Positions 48,753 to 57,247 of a stretch of 64,000 nt of DNA are shown here, in pieces (positions within the stretch are counted from its first letter, which is position 1; each line of letters begins with the position of its first letter). Made by a program: the position numbers and the translations under genes. Under the pieces are notes generated by a model that saw only the letters and a program-made list of their open reading frames with translations, was not told where the DNA came from and did not search any database. Source of the DNA: an uncultured bacterium (GTDB taxonomy: Bacteria > Patescibacteriota > Minisyncoccia > UBA6257 > GWB1-50-10); assembly GCA_963713955.1 (NCBI GenBank), contig OY970216.1, forward strand, positions 136,075 to 200,074. Reading direction: 5' to 3'.

Positions 48753-51700
48753 ATGAAGGGGAAGTACGACTTCGCGAAAATCGAGAAGAAGTGGCAAAGG
48801 GAATGGCTCAAAACCGGGATCTACGAGCCGGACATAAAGGGGGCCGCCAAACCTTTCTACAACTTGATGATGTTCCCGTACCCGTCGGCAGAAGGACTCC
48901 ATGTCGGGAATATGTACGCCTTCACCGGATCAGACATCTATGGCCGCTTCAAGCGGATGCAGGGGTACGATGTTTTCGAGCCGATGGGTCTCGACGGGTT
49001 CGGCATCCACTCGGAAAATTACGCCCTGAAGGTCGGCACGCATCCCCTCAAGCAGGCGGTAATTTCCGAGAAGCGTTTTTACAAGCAATTGGAGATGATT
49101 GGAAACGGCTTCGCGTGGAGAGAACATTTAGAGACCTACGATCCGGAATATTATAAGTGGACACAATGGCTTTTCGTCCAAATGTGGAGGCACGGACTTG
49201 CCTATCGCAAGAAGCAATCCGTCAATTGGTGTCCAAAGGACAAGACGGTCTTGGCAGATGAGCAGGTGATTGCGGGGAGGTGCGAACGCTGCAATGCGAT
49301 CGTCGAGAAAAAAGAATTAGAACAGTGGTTTTTCAAGATAACCGCATATGCCGACCGGTTGCTTGCGAATTTGGATAATATTGATTGGTCTGAAAAAGTA
49401 AAAGTTGCCCAGCGGAACTGGATTGGGAAATCGGAAGGAGCACTCCTGAAATTCCAAATTACAAATGGCAAATCCCAAATAAATTCCAAATCACAATTTC
49501 CGAAACTTGAAATTGAGGTATTTACCACTCGGCCTGATACACTTTTCGGAGCCACGTACGTGGTACTGGCTCCCGAGCATGAGTTTATCAACGAGCTGAA
49601 GGATCGGATTTCAAACTTCGAGAAAGTCGGGAAGTATATTAAAAAAGCAGTAAGCAAGCCCAATGAGGAGAGAATCGCGGAGGGGAAAGAAAAGACCGGC
49701 GTGGAACTGAAAGGCATCGTGGCGGTGAACCCGGCGAATGGAAAAGAGACCCCGGTCTGGGTCGCCGATTACGTTTTGGGCGGCTACGGCACGGGAGCGA
49801 TCATGGCCGTTCCGGCACACGACGAGCGCGATTTTGCGTTCGCGAAGAAATTCCACCTGCCGATTCGTCAAGTTATCGCCCGGGAAACTGGCACGTTGCG
49901 TCCCCATGAAGAACGGCGGGACGGGGGGTACGGTGTTATTTTTGATCCTCAAACCCAAAAATATGCCGTGGCGACGCATCCTGACGGGGTGATACGGTTA
50001 TTCGGTGGCGGCGCTGATGATGGAGAGAGTAAAAAAGAAGGGACCCTCCGGGAGATAACTGAAGAAAGTGGTCTTTATGATTTTAGTTATGTGGAAGAGA
50101 TCGGGACGTCTTTCTCCCACTTCCGCAACCGACGCAAAAAAGTTTATCGTTCCGCTTTAACGGCTTGCTTTCTTACAATCCTCCGGAGTAACGCCGTGAA
50201 AGAGCGACATCTCGAGCCGCACGAGGCGGAACTCAGCCTTGATTGGATGATGCCGGAGGCAATCGTGAAGAACTGGGAAGGCCACAACCAGGAGCACGAT
50301 CTCGATCATTGGCTCATATTCTTCCGCGAGGCTGTCGCCCGTGCCGTCGAACTTGGCTACGACACGACGAGCGATCCGAAGCTCTTCTTTTCGGAGGCCT
50401 TTTGGGGGACCGGCATGCTCGTGAACTCCGGAAAATTCGATGGGATGGATTCGGAGAAGGCGAAGTGGGAAATTACGAAATTTGTTCATGGCGAGAAAAA
50501 GACGCAGTTCCATTTGCGTGATTGGCTGATTTCCCGTCAGCGTTACTGGGGCCCGCCGATTCCCATGATCCACTGCGAGAAATGTGCGAAGGAAGGTAAG
50601 GGCGAGAACAAGGAAATGCCCGGCTGGTACGCGGTTCCGGAGAAAGACCTTCCCGTCAAACTTCCGGTCGTCGAAGATTTTCGTCCGGAGGGGAAAGGCG
50701 AATCGCCGCTTTCGTCGGTTAAGTCGTTTTATGAGGTAGAGTGTCCGGCTTGCGGTGGTAAAGCGCATCGCGAGACGGATGTTTCCGATACGTTTCTCGA
50801 TTCTTCGTGGTACTACATTGGTTATTTAATGAAGTTTGGAAATTGGAAATTGGAATTTGGAAATTCCGCGTTTGCGGAGCGAATGCGGCGGTGGTTGCCG
50901 GTTGACATGTATATCGGCGGCGCCGAACATTCTGTGCTCCATCTTCTCTACTCACGGTTTGTCTCGATGGCACTCCATGATTGGGGTTTGGTCGATTTTG
51001 AAGAGCCGTTCACGAAGTTCCGGGCGCACGGTCTCGTGGTTAAAGAAGGTGCGAAGATGTCCAAATCGAAAGGGAACGTGGTGAATCCTGACAAGTATGT
51101 CAGGAATTTCGGCGCCGATGCGCTCCGGATGTATTTGATGTTTATGGCACCTCTTGAGCAGGGCGGAGATTTCCGTGACAGCGGCATCCTTGGTATCACG
51201 CGGTTTCTGGATCGAGTCTGGAAACTCATCGTTACTGCATTGGATCCGAAAAAATCCATGCGGCCTGCGTCGAAGTCGGAGGAAACCTACCGCGTGCCGG
51301 ATGACTTCAAGCGCGCCATTCACCGGGCGATCAAAAAAGTGACGGGGGATATCGAAAACCTCCAGTATAACACCGCGATCAGCGCCCTCATGATCCTTTT
51401 GAACGAAGCGGAGCGACAAGAGCAAGTTATTGACCTGCCGCGTTACTTCTTCGAAGACTTTTTGAAACTCCTCGCGCCATTTGCACCGCACATGACTGAA
51501 GAACTGTGGCGTGAGTTGGGTAATAAGACGTCAATTCATAAGGAGGCGTGGCCGGAGTATAATGAGAGTGTTCTTAAGGAGGACTTTATTGAGATTGTGG
51601 TCCAGGTGAATGGGAAAAGGAGGGGCAGCGTTTCGGTGAGGGAGAATTCTTCCGAGGGGGAAGTGAGAGAAAAAGCGCTCCAGATCCAAAATGTCCGCGT

Positions 51701-51770
51701 AGCGCTCGGCGACCACAAGCCCCAAAGAGTTGTGTACGTGAAAGGTAGGATTATCAACCTGGTGATCTGA
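48753..51770 (+). CDS. leuS: leucine--tRNA ligase carrying an inserted Nudix hydrolase domain
   Basis: HVGN (HIGH variant), TTRPDTLFGATYVVLAPEH and GTGAIMAVPAHDERDFAFA editing motifs, Nudix box GGGADDGESKKEGTLREITEESGL, RDWLISRQRYWGPPIP, KMSKSKGN; start at MKGKYD. Confidence 0.9.
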   Translation: MKGKYDFAKIEKKWQREWLKTGIYEPDIKGAAKPFYNLMMFPYPSAEGLHVGNMYAFTGSDIYGRFKRMQGYDVFEPMGLDGFGIHSENYALKVGTHPLKQAVISEKRFYKQLEMIGNGFAWREHLETYDPEYYKWTQWLFVQMWRHGLAYRKKQSVNWCPKDKTVLADEQVIAGRCERCNAIVEKKELEQWFFKITAYADRLLANLDNIDWSEKVKVAQRNWIGKSEGALLKFQITNGKSQINSKSQFPKLEIEVFTTRPDTLFGATYVVLAPEHEFINELKDRISNFEKVGKYIKKAVSKPNEERIAEGKEKTGVELKGIVAVNPANGKETPVWVADYVLGGYGTGAIMAVPAHDERDFAFAKKFHLPIRQVIARETGTLRPHEERRDGGYGVIFDPQTQKYAVATHPDGVIRLFGGGADDGESKKEGTLREITEESGLYDFSYVEEIGTSFSHFRNRRKKVYRSALTACFLTILRSNAVKERHLEPHEAELSLDWMMPEAIVKNWEGHNQEHDLDHWLIFFREAVARAVELGYDTTSDPKLFFSEAFWGTGMLVNSGKFDGMDSEKAKWEITKFVHGEKKTQFHLRDWLISRQRYWGPPIPMIHCEKCAKEGKGENKEMPGWYAVPEKDLPVKLPVVEDFRPEGKGESPLSSVKSFYEVECPACGGKAHRETDVSDTFLDSSWYYIGYLMKFGNWKLEFGNSAFAERMRRWLPVDMYIGGAEHSVLHLLYSRFVSMALHDWGLVDFEEPFTKFRAHGLVVKEGAKMSKSKGNVVNPDKYVRNFGADALRMYLMFMAPLEQGGDFRDSGILGITRFLDRVWKLIVTALDPKKSMRPASKSEETYRVPDDFKRAIHRAIKKVTGDIENLQYNTAISALMILLNEAERQEQVIDLPRYFFEDFLKLLAPFAPHMTEELWRELGNKTSIHKEAWPEYNESVLKEDFIEIVVQVNGKRRGSVSVRENSSEGEVREKALQIQNVRVALGDHKPQRVVYVKGRIINLVI

Positions 51771-51775
51771 TCTCT

Positions 51776-52705
51776 ATGAGGTATATTCTCATCATCATTG
51801 TTCTCATCATTGCCGTCATCGCCATCGTGAACGTTTTCCAACAAATGAAAGGCGTGGTGAAGTTCGAAGATTTATCATCCTTTTTAAAGATATCTTATAA
51901 GGGACCGTCGGTTGCAACGACGAGTCCCGGGTCGATTTCTGTCGGGGTCGAGAAGGGAACGGCGGCAACCTCGGGTTCGAACACTGCTCCCCAAGCACAG
52001 AACCCAACCAAGCCCGCGGTCACGCCGCCACCGGGTTTCACGGTTGAGGAACTCTCTCCGTACTACCAGAAAGTCACGATCGGTAACGTTTTCATCGCTT
52101 ACGGCAATTACGGCATGAGCCAGATATCGCTCAATGCTTCGTACTCATTGAATTCACCTGTCGACATAACGGGTTGGTCGCTCAGCTCCAACAAGGGATC
52201 GATGGTTGTCCCCCAAGCGATTGGCGACTTCAGCGCGTACGGTTTCGGAAATAACGCGGACATCGTTTTCGCGACCTCGAGCCGTCTCGACATTTACGAT
52301 ACGTACAGCCCCATAAATAAAAATCTTAGGATGAACCAGTGCAGCGGCTACCTCAATGACATCTACAGTTTCAAGCCGGCTCTCCAGTGCGGGTATACGA
52401 GCTTGTACGACCGTTCGGGGATATCGGCATTTCCTGGTGATTGCCAAAGTTTCATCTTGTCCCTGAACAGCTGTGAAATCCCTACGCAAGTGGAACTTAA
52501 TTCTTTCGCCAATGAACCCGATTGCCGATCTTTTTTGAACAGATTTAGCTATGCCGGCTGTTATAATCTCAAGAGGGCGTCGTCCGATTTTTTCCTGAAT
52601 CAGTGGGTCGTCTGGACGCCGGGTGCGTGGCCTTTTGACCAGAACCACGATCGAGTTCTTCTCCTCGACAAAAACGGCCTCCTCGTTGACGAGTATATCT
52701 ACTAA
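51776..52705 (+). CDS. hypothetical membrane-anchored extracellular protein with 8 Cys
   Basis: N-terminal TM helix; no known motif. Confidence 0.45.
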   Translation: MRYILIIIVLIIAVIAIVNVFQQMKGVVKFEDLSSFLKISYKGPSVATTSPGSISVGVEKGTAATSGSNTAPQAQNPTKPAVTPPPGFTVEELSPYYQKVTIGNVFIAYGNYGMSQISLNASYSLNSPVDITGWSLSSNKGSMVVPQAIGDFSAYGFGNNADIVFATSSRLDIYDTYSPINKNLRMNQCSGYLNDIYSFKPALQCGYTSLYDRSGISAFPGDCQSFILSLNSCEIPTQVELNSFANEPDCRSFLNRFSYAGCYNLKRASSDFFLNQWVVWTPGAWPFDQNHDRVLLLDKNGLLVDEYIY

Positions 52706-52718
52706 CCTAAAGTGGCTA

Positions 52719-52800
52719 GGAGGAGTGGTGATACGAAAAAGTGGGTAAGACTTGGCAAGCGCGGCCCTAGCGCACACTTTTTCGTATCACCACTCCTCTC
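52719..52800. repeat. hairpin repeat element, family A (inverted orientation) between convergent genes
   Basis: Perfect 22-bp arms GGAGGAGTGGTGATACGAAAAA / TTTTTCGTATCACCACTCCTC around core 52741-52777. Confidence 0.55.
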
Positions 52801-53849
52801 TACTTTCTTTCGGCCAATACAACTTTAGTTTCCAGTTCCTTCCCTCCTCTTAAAATCTTGAGTTTCACTTCGTCGCCGACTTTAGAGTTTTCCAGAAAAT
52901 CCTGAATCGAGCCGCCATGTATTTGCCGGCCGTTCCACTCGAGAATGATGTCTTTTTCTTTTATGCCGCCCCTGTCAGCGGGGCTTCCCGCGACAACCGC
53001 TTCGTCCATGGGGTGCTCCTTCGTAACATAAACGCCGTAGCCGACGGGGAAAGACATTTTGGCGCTTAGGTTTTCGTCTATGGTTACGTACCGCACGCCG
53101 AGGAGAGGTCTCCGTATCCTTCCGAATTTTTTCAAATCATTAATGTCTCTTGTGGCGGCGTTGATGGGGATGGCGAAATTTATGTTTTGCGCTCCGGCGA
53201 CGACGGCGGCGTTGATGCCGATCACCCGTCCTGACATATCGACCAAAGGGCCGCCGGAGTTTCCCGGATTGATCGCGGCGTCCGTCTGGATGAGTCCGCG
53301 CATTTCTTGAATCGGTTCTCGGGGGTCCGGTTTCGCTTTGACGGATCGCGAGAGTCCCGAAATGATTCCCAGGGAAACCGTGTTCTTGAAAATGCCGAGG
53401 ACGTTTCCGATCGCGAGGACCGTTTGTCCCAGGTCGAGATCGGAAGAATTCCCGAGCTTGAGGAATGGGAAATATTTTTTATGCGCCGCGCCGCGTCCGG
53501 CGACTTTCAATATGGCGATATCGTCCACCGGGTCGCGGGCCAGAAGCTCGGCGCCGAGGACCTCCTCCTCGTCGGTTATCACTTTGTAGCTCACGTGGGA
53601 TTCGGCGATCACGTGTTTGTTCGTGAGGACGATCCCGCTCCGGTCAACGAAGAAGCCGGAACCCCCGCCGACTTCCACTCTCCCTTCTGCATCTGCTTTC
53701 TCACGGAATATCGATGCGGGTGTTTTTCTTCGCTGGTCGCTGCTGAGTTCCTTTTTCAGATCGGCGATGTCCTTTGAAAGCACTATCGAAACGACCGCCG
53801 GCATGGTTTTCTTGATTATTCTTATCGTTTTTGCATCGCTCATAGCCAT
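52800..53849 (-). CDS. htrA: HtrA/DegP-family serine protease with PDZ domain
   Basis: GSGFFVD..G.VLTNKHV (His), D, GNSGGPLVD (Ser) triad, C-terminal PDZ. Confidence 0.85.
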   Translation of the reverse strand: MAMSDAKTIRIIKKTMPAVVSIVLSKDIADLKKELSSDQRRKTPASIFREKADAEGRVEVGGGSGFFVDRSGIVLTNKHVIAESHVSYKVITDEEEVLGAELLARDPVDDIAILKVAGRGAAHKKYFPFLKLGNSSDLDLGQTVLAIGNVLGIFKNTVSLGIISGLSRSVKAKPDPREPIQEMRGLIQTDAAINPGNSGGPLVDMSGRVIGINAAVVAGAQNINFAIPINAATRDINDLKKFGRIRRPLLGVRYVTIDENLSAKMSFPVGYGVYVTKEHPMDEAVVAGSPADRGGIKEKDIILEWNGRQIHGGSIQDFLENSKVGDEVKLKILRGGKELETKVVLAERK

Positions 53850-53865
53850 GGTTCCATTCTATCAG

Positions 53866-53905
53866 AATATTAAGAATAAAAATAACCGCCCCTTTGGGGG
53901 CGGTT
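53866..53905 (-). terminator. intrinsic terminator (AACCGCCCC-TTTG-GGGGCGGTT plus T-run on minus strand)
   Basis: 9-bp GC stem 53884-53905, run ATTTTTATT follows on minus strand; lies between tRNA operon/mini-ORF and htrA. Confidence 0.55.
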
Positions 53906-54035
53906 ACCGAAGAGGTTTATCTCCTTCTCTTCTTTGAAGACTTCTTCGCCGTCTTCTTAGCTTTCTTTTTTGCCATTGTGTTTTTTCTCGTTATGAACGT
54001 AACGTTGGATTGTCGACTCCCCAATCACGTTAAGT

Positions 54036-54088
54036 TTCTTTCTCTTTATTAATTATAGAACTTTTCACAATAAAAAATCTGTGGATAA
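54036..54088 (-). promoter_or_regulatory. candidate promoter (TATAAT at 54052-54057, minus strand) overlapped upstream by perfect DnaA-box-like TTATCCACA (54080-54088)
   Basis: Read on minus strand: TTATCCACAGATTTTTTATTGTGAAAAGTTCTATAAT. Confidence 0.3.
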
Positions 54089-54099
54089 CTTATTTTGTC

Positions 54100-54172
54100 G
54101 CGAGACGCCTCCTCGCTCGGGCAGTCTCCGGGGCGACGCCCAAGTCTTAGCCTTCGCGAGAAGGCATCTCAC
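54100..54172. repeat. hairpin repeat element, family B, second copy
   Basis: Core 54119-54158 identical to 48647-48685 except 2 nt; arms GAGACGCCTCCTCGC / GCGAGAAGGCATCTC. Confidence 0.5.
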
Positions 54173-54260
54173 TTGGTGGAGTCGGTGAGAAAAAAGATTA
54201 CGATTCGCCGAAGAGGTGGTAGTGGTGGACAACTACTTTTTATGAAATGCTACATATTGG

Positions 54261-54348
54261 CGGAGGAGGTGGGATTCGAACCCACGTGAGCCTTGCGGCT
54301 ACAGCGGTTTTCGAGACCGCCCCGTTATGACCACTTCGGTACTCCTCC
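54261..54348 (-). tRNA. tRNA-Ser, anticodon CGA (type II, long variable arm); CCA encoded at 54258-54260
   Basis: Acceptor GGAGGAG/CTCCTCC, anticodon stem GCGGT/ACCGC loop CTCGAAA, variable arm TGTAGCCGCAAGGCTCACG, T loop TTCGAAT. Confidence 0.75.
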
Positions 54349-54387
54349 ATTTATCTCTCTTCTTTCTTCGCCGGGGGGATTGGAATG

Positions 54388-54459
54388 TGCCCTCGCGAAG
54401 AATCGAACTTCGATCCGCGCGTTAGGGGTGCGCTGTTCTGTCCGTTGAACTACGAGGGC
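54388..54459 (-). tRNA. tRNA-Arg, anticodon CCU, with C33 and an A31-C39 mismatch
   Basis: Acceptor GCCCTCG/CGAGGGC, D stem GTTC/GAAC, anticodon loop CCCCTAA, T arm CGAAG-TTCGATT-CTTCG. Confidence 0.5.
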
Positions 54460-54496
54460 GCTCGTAGGATTAACCTAGAATAAGTATTACTGAAAA

Positions 54497-54850
54497 ATGA
54501 GCGTTTTATCAATAGTGCGGTATTATTACTGTATGGCCATTAAGCGGGAAATGCCGGAACGGAACGAACTGAAGGTATCCCAGGAGACCGAAGAGAAAGT
54601 GGGAGAAACCGTCGCCCGCCTGCGCGCCGAAGGATTTAAATTTGATTTCGAGGAAACTCCCGATACATACGTGGTAACCACGACGGACAAAAATGGCGAT
54701 TCAAGGAGTACTCATTTTATGAAACTAGTCGGAGGGAAACTCCCCTCGGGTTTTGAGTCTTTCGGCGTGGAAGAATTCATAGAGGCTCACTTGCGCTATC
54801 CCGAGGATGACATTAATATAGCTGTTAGAAAATTGAAGGAAGAAAAATAA
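54497..54850 (+). CDS. small hypothetical protein inside tRNA island
   Basis: 117-aa ORF, acidic; no motif; true start may be internal MAIKREM. Confidence 0.3.
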   Translation: MSVLSIVRYYYCMAIKREMPERNELKVSQETEEKVGETVARLRAEGFKFDFEETPDTYVVTTTDKNGDSRSTHFMKLVGGKLPSGFESFGVEEFIEAHLRYPEDDINIAVRKLKEEK

Positions 54851-54855
54851 GACAT

Positions 54856-54930
54856 GCGCCCATAGCTCAGTGGTAGAGCGTTTGCACGACACGCAAAAGG
54901 CCCAAGGTTCAATCCCTTGTGGGCGCACCA
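54856..54930 (+). tRNA. tRNA-Val, anticodon GAC (C33 in anticodon loop), CCA encoded
   Basis: Acceptor GCGCCCA/TGGGCGC, D arm GCTC-AGTGGTA-GAGC, anticodon stem TTTGC/GCAAA loop ACGACAC, T arm CAAGG-TTCAATC-CCTTG, ends CCA. Confidence 0.7.
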
Positions 54931-54932
54931 GG

Positions 54933-55003
54933 GGGCCTATAGTAAAACGGTATTACGCCTCCATGGCATGGAGGAGGTCGGGGTTCGATCCCCCGTAGGT
55001 CCA
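54933..55003 (+). tRNA. tRNA-Ala, anticodon GGC
   Basis: Acceptor GGGCCTA/TAGGTCC with G3-U70 identity pair, anticodon stem CCTCC/GGAGG loop ATGGCAT, T arm CGGGG-TTCGATC-CCCCG. Confidence 0.8.
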
Positions 55004-55089
55004 CTGCTTCGCCGAGGCTTCGCAGTGCATGCACTGCATAAGTTTGCTGACGCGGGGCTCACTCATGGTAAACCACAAATCGCGCACCT

Positions 55090-55539
55090 ATGGAAGTCCC
55101 AGAATTCCGTTCAAAAATTAAAACCAACGTCAAGCTCTCGGTTGGCGGCAAAGATTTTACCGTTAGGGAGGTTGTCAAATTCAGATTCGACGACGGCAGT
55201 TTTTACGTTAAGTGCTTTTTGAGCAAGGGTTTTGTTTTCGCGGACGATTTGAGTGAGAACATGTTTATTTTGGTAAAAGAAGTAGGAACGCCGTTCCAGG
55301 AACCTTTTCCTGGAGAGCTGGATTACGACGGCAAGAAGTTCAAATTCCTTTACACCGCTCACGCCGTTGCGGAAGAAACACAGGGCGAAGAAATTTTCAA
55401 GAAAGGGGACAGTGAGAAATTCTGGGATTATAAATCACAAGATAACAGCTATTTAAGTCTGGGCATCGGTGACAAAACGGGAGGAAGACTAGATTTCTAC
55501 GGTAAGATTGTCGAGAACGATACTGTTAAGTTGGGGTAA
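55090..55539 (+). CDS. hypothetical protein (149 aa) inside tRNA island
   Basis: Uninterrupted ORF with balanced composition; no motif recognised. Confidence 0.4.
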   Translation: MEVPEFRSKIKTNVKLSVGGKDFTVREVVKFRFDDGSFYVKCFLSKGFVFADDLSENMFILVKEVGTPFQEPFPGELDYDGKKFKFLYTAHAVAEETQGEEIFKKGDSEKFWDYKSQDNSYLSLGIGDKTGGRLDFYGKIVENDTVKLG

Positions 55540-55579
55540 CTTCTTGATATGGTTTCTTCGACGGTTTATGATAAGCCAG

Positions 55580-55666
55580 TATTTAACGAGGAGGCGTGCG
55601 CGAGCGGCTGAAACGGACGGTCTTGAAAACCGTTATGTCCGAAAGGGCATCGAAGGTTCGAATCCT
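55580..55666 (+). tRNA. tRNA-Ser, anticodon UGA (type II)
   Basis: Acceptor GGAGGCG/CGCCTCC, anticodon stem ACGGT/ACCGT loop CTTGAAA, long variable arm, T arm GAAGG-TTCGAAT-CCTTC. Confidence 0.75.
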
Positions 55667-55952
55667 TCCGCCTCCGCAAAGTTTAGTCCTTTCTCTGAAG
55701 CCGTATCATCTCCCTGATATCCGCAAGGGTTTGGAGGAGTGAGAAGAGTTCTTTTTCTTCCGTCGCGCTCCAGGGACGTGAAAGGTTTCCAAATTTTTTG
55801 AGGCGGAGCGTGAGGTATTTATGCGTGGAAACGAAGTAGTTCTTAAGATCCGCTTCGTAGCGCTCGGCGGGTTCGTCGTGAAAGATGAGAGCAGGGGGGA
55901 GCGTCAGAGCGCCGCAGGAAATAACGTAGTTTTCAGAAATATGCATAGGTGG

Positions 55953-56696
55953 TTATGACTTGGGCAGGATGCTCATGAATGTTTTCCTTGTCACGATGAT
56001 GTGATCAAGAACTTCAATGCCCATGAGCTTTCCGGCTTCGACTAACTGCCGGGTTATCGCGATATCCTCGTCGCTCGGCGTCGCGACGCCCGAGGGGTGA
56101 TTGTGGGCGAGGATGACAGCCGAGGCTGAGTGTTCCATCGCCGGAAGAAATACCTCCCGGGGATGGATGACATTCGCCGTTAAGCTCCCGATTGAAATTA
56201 TCTCGTCGTGAACAAGGTGGTAGTGGGCGTTTAGGTATAAACCCCGCAAATGTTCCTTGGTCAGATTCCCCATGTCTTTTAGATACTCGTATGCCTGGCG
56301 CGGAGTGCGGATGTACAGAGGCCGGCCGTCGGTACCAGATTTGAAAAACCGTCGCCCCAACTCGAAGCAGGCGACTATCTGACACGCTTTGGCGGCGGGA
56401 AGGCCGAGAGCTTTCTGAATCCTCACCGCGTCTTTCTCGTTCGCAATGGTTTTCTCGCCGTATTCTTTAATAATCCGCCCCGACATGGCGAGAACTTCCT
56501 CTTTTTTGGTGCCGACTCCGAAGACAATGGACATAAGCTCACTGACCGAAAGAGCATCAGGGCCGTATTTCATGAGCTTCTCGCGCGGTTTTTCTTCTTT
56601 CGGAAGATCGCGGATTTTCAGGACGTATTTCTTTTCCCCCTCCCCCGACAAAAGATCCGTGTCGGAAAGCGCGTACGGGCGCGTTGTGGTTTTCAT
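55953..56696 (-). CDS. radC: RadC-like JAB/MPN domain protein (UPF0758)
   Basis: HNHPSG JAMM motif, HhH N-terminal region; start taken at MKTTT with GGGGGA RBS (ORF track extends to 56711). Confidence 0.8.
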   Translation of the reverse strand: MKTTTRPYALSDTDLLSGEGEKKYVLKIRDLPKEEKPREKLMKYGPDALSVSELMSIVFGVGTKKEEVLAMSGRIIKEYGEKTIANEKDAVRIQKALGLPAAKACQIVACFELGRRFFKSGTDGRPLYIRTPRQAYEYLKDMGNLTKEHLRGLYLNAHYHLVHDEIISIGSLTANVIHPREVFLPAMEHSASAVILAHNHPSGVATPSDEDIAITRQLVEAGKLMGIEVLDHIIVTRKTFMSILPKS

Positions 56697-56766
56697 TGTA
56701 ACATCCCCCATAGATCACTTTAATTATAGCACTCCCTGTCAGAAGTTATCCCCTAATTTATCGTCC

Positions 56767-56811
56767 CCCGCTCTCCATATGGAGAGCGGGAAGCCATAAA
56801 TCTGTGGATAA
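56767..56811. promoter_or_regulatory. second copy of palindrome (CCCGCTCTCCATATGGAGAGCGGG) plus AAGCCATAAATCTG-TGTGGATAA DnaA-box-like module
   Basis: Shares 45 bp with 22734-22780; sits in divergent promoter region between radC and pilin-like gene. Confidence 0.4.
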
Positions 56812-56869
56812 CCAACACTCTCACCTTCCCAAAACAAAAAGCCAGACACCTTCCTGCTATAATGAAAAG

Positions 56870-57190
56870 ATGAACTTCAGTAGTCGGAACAGCTTCACCC
56901 TCATCGAGCTCCTGGTCGTGATCGCCATCCTTGCCGTCTTAGCGACAGCCGTCGTCTTGGTCTTGAATCCTGCCCAGCTCCTGGCTCAAGGAAGAGATTC
57001 AACCCGTCTCTCAGATCTCGCAGCTTTACAGAGCGCCCTCTCCCTCTTCCAGGCTGATCAATACAGTCAATCCCTGGGAATTGCCTCTACGACCTATATC
57101 TCGATCCCTGATTCCTCCTCTACCTGTGGGGACTTGGGGCTTCCTGCCCTTCCTTCAGGATACTCCTATGCCTGCGTTCCATCCTTGTGA
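56870..57190 (+). CDS. type IV pilin-like protein (prepilin N-terminal cleavage/methylation domain), C-terminus possibly truncated by IS insertion
   Basis: MNFSSRNS-FTLIELLVVIAILAVLATAVVL prepilin signature; stop codon TGA lies inside the IS3 left inverted repeat. Confidence 0.6.
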   Translation: MNFSSRNSFTLIELLVVIAILAVLATAVVLVLNPAQLLAQGRDSTRLSDLAALQSALSLFQADQYSQSLGIASTTYISIPDSSSTCGDLGLPALPSGYSYACVPSL

Positions 57191-57247
57191 TGGATAGGTT
57201 TCTTTAGACAGTCACTCGACAAGTTTTCTCGTCGTTTTTTCATTCTC

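Noticed and set aside
50157-51491. Minus-strand ORFs of 203 and 179 aa
   Set aside because: Antisense to leuS
55010-55080. Possible sixth tRNA after tRNA-Ala
   Set aside because: Segment GCTTCGCCGAGGCTTCGCAGTGCATGCACTGCATAAG forms hairpins but no acceptable cloverleaf with T-loop consensus
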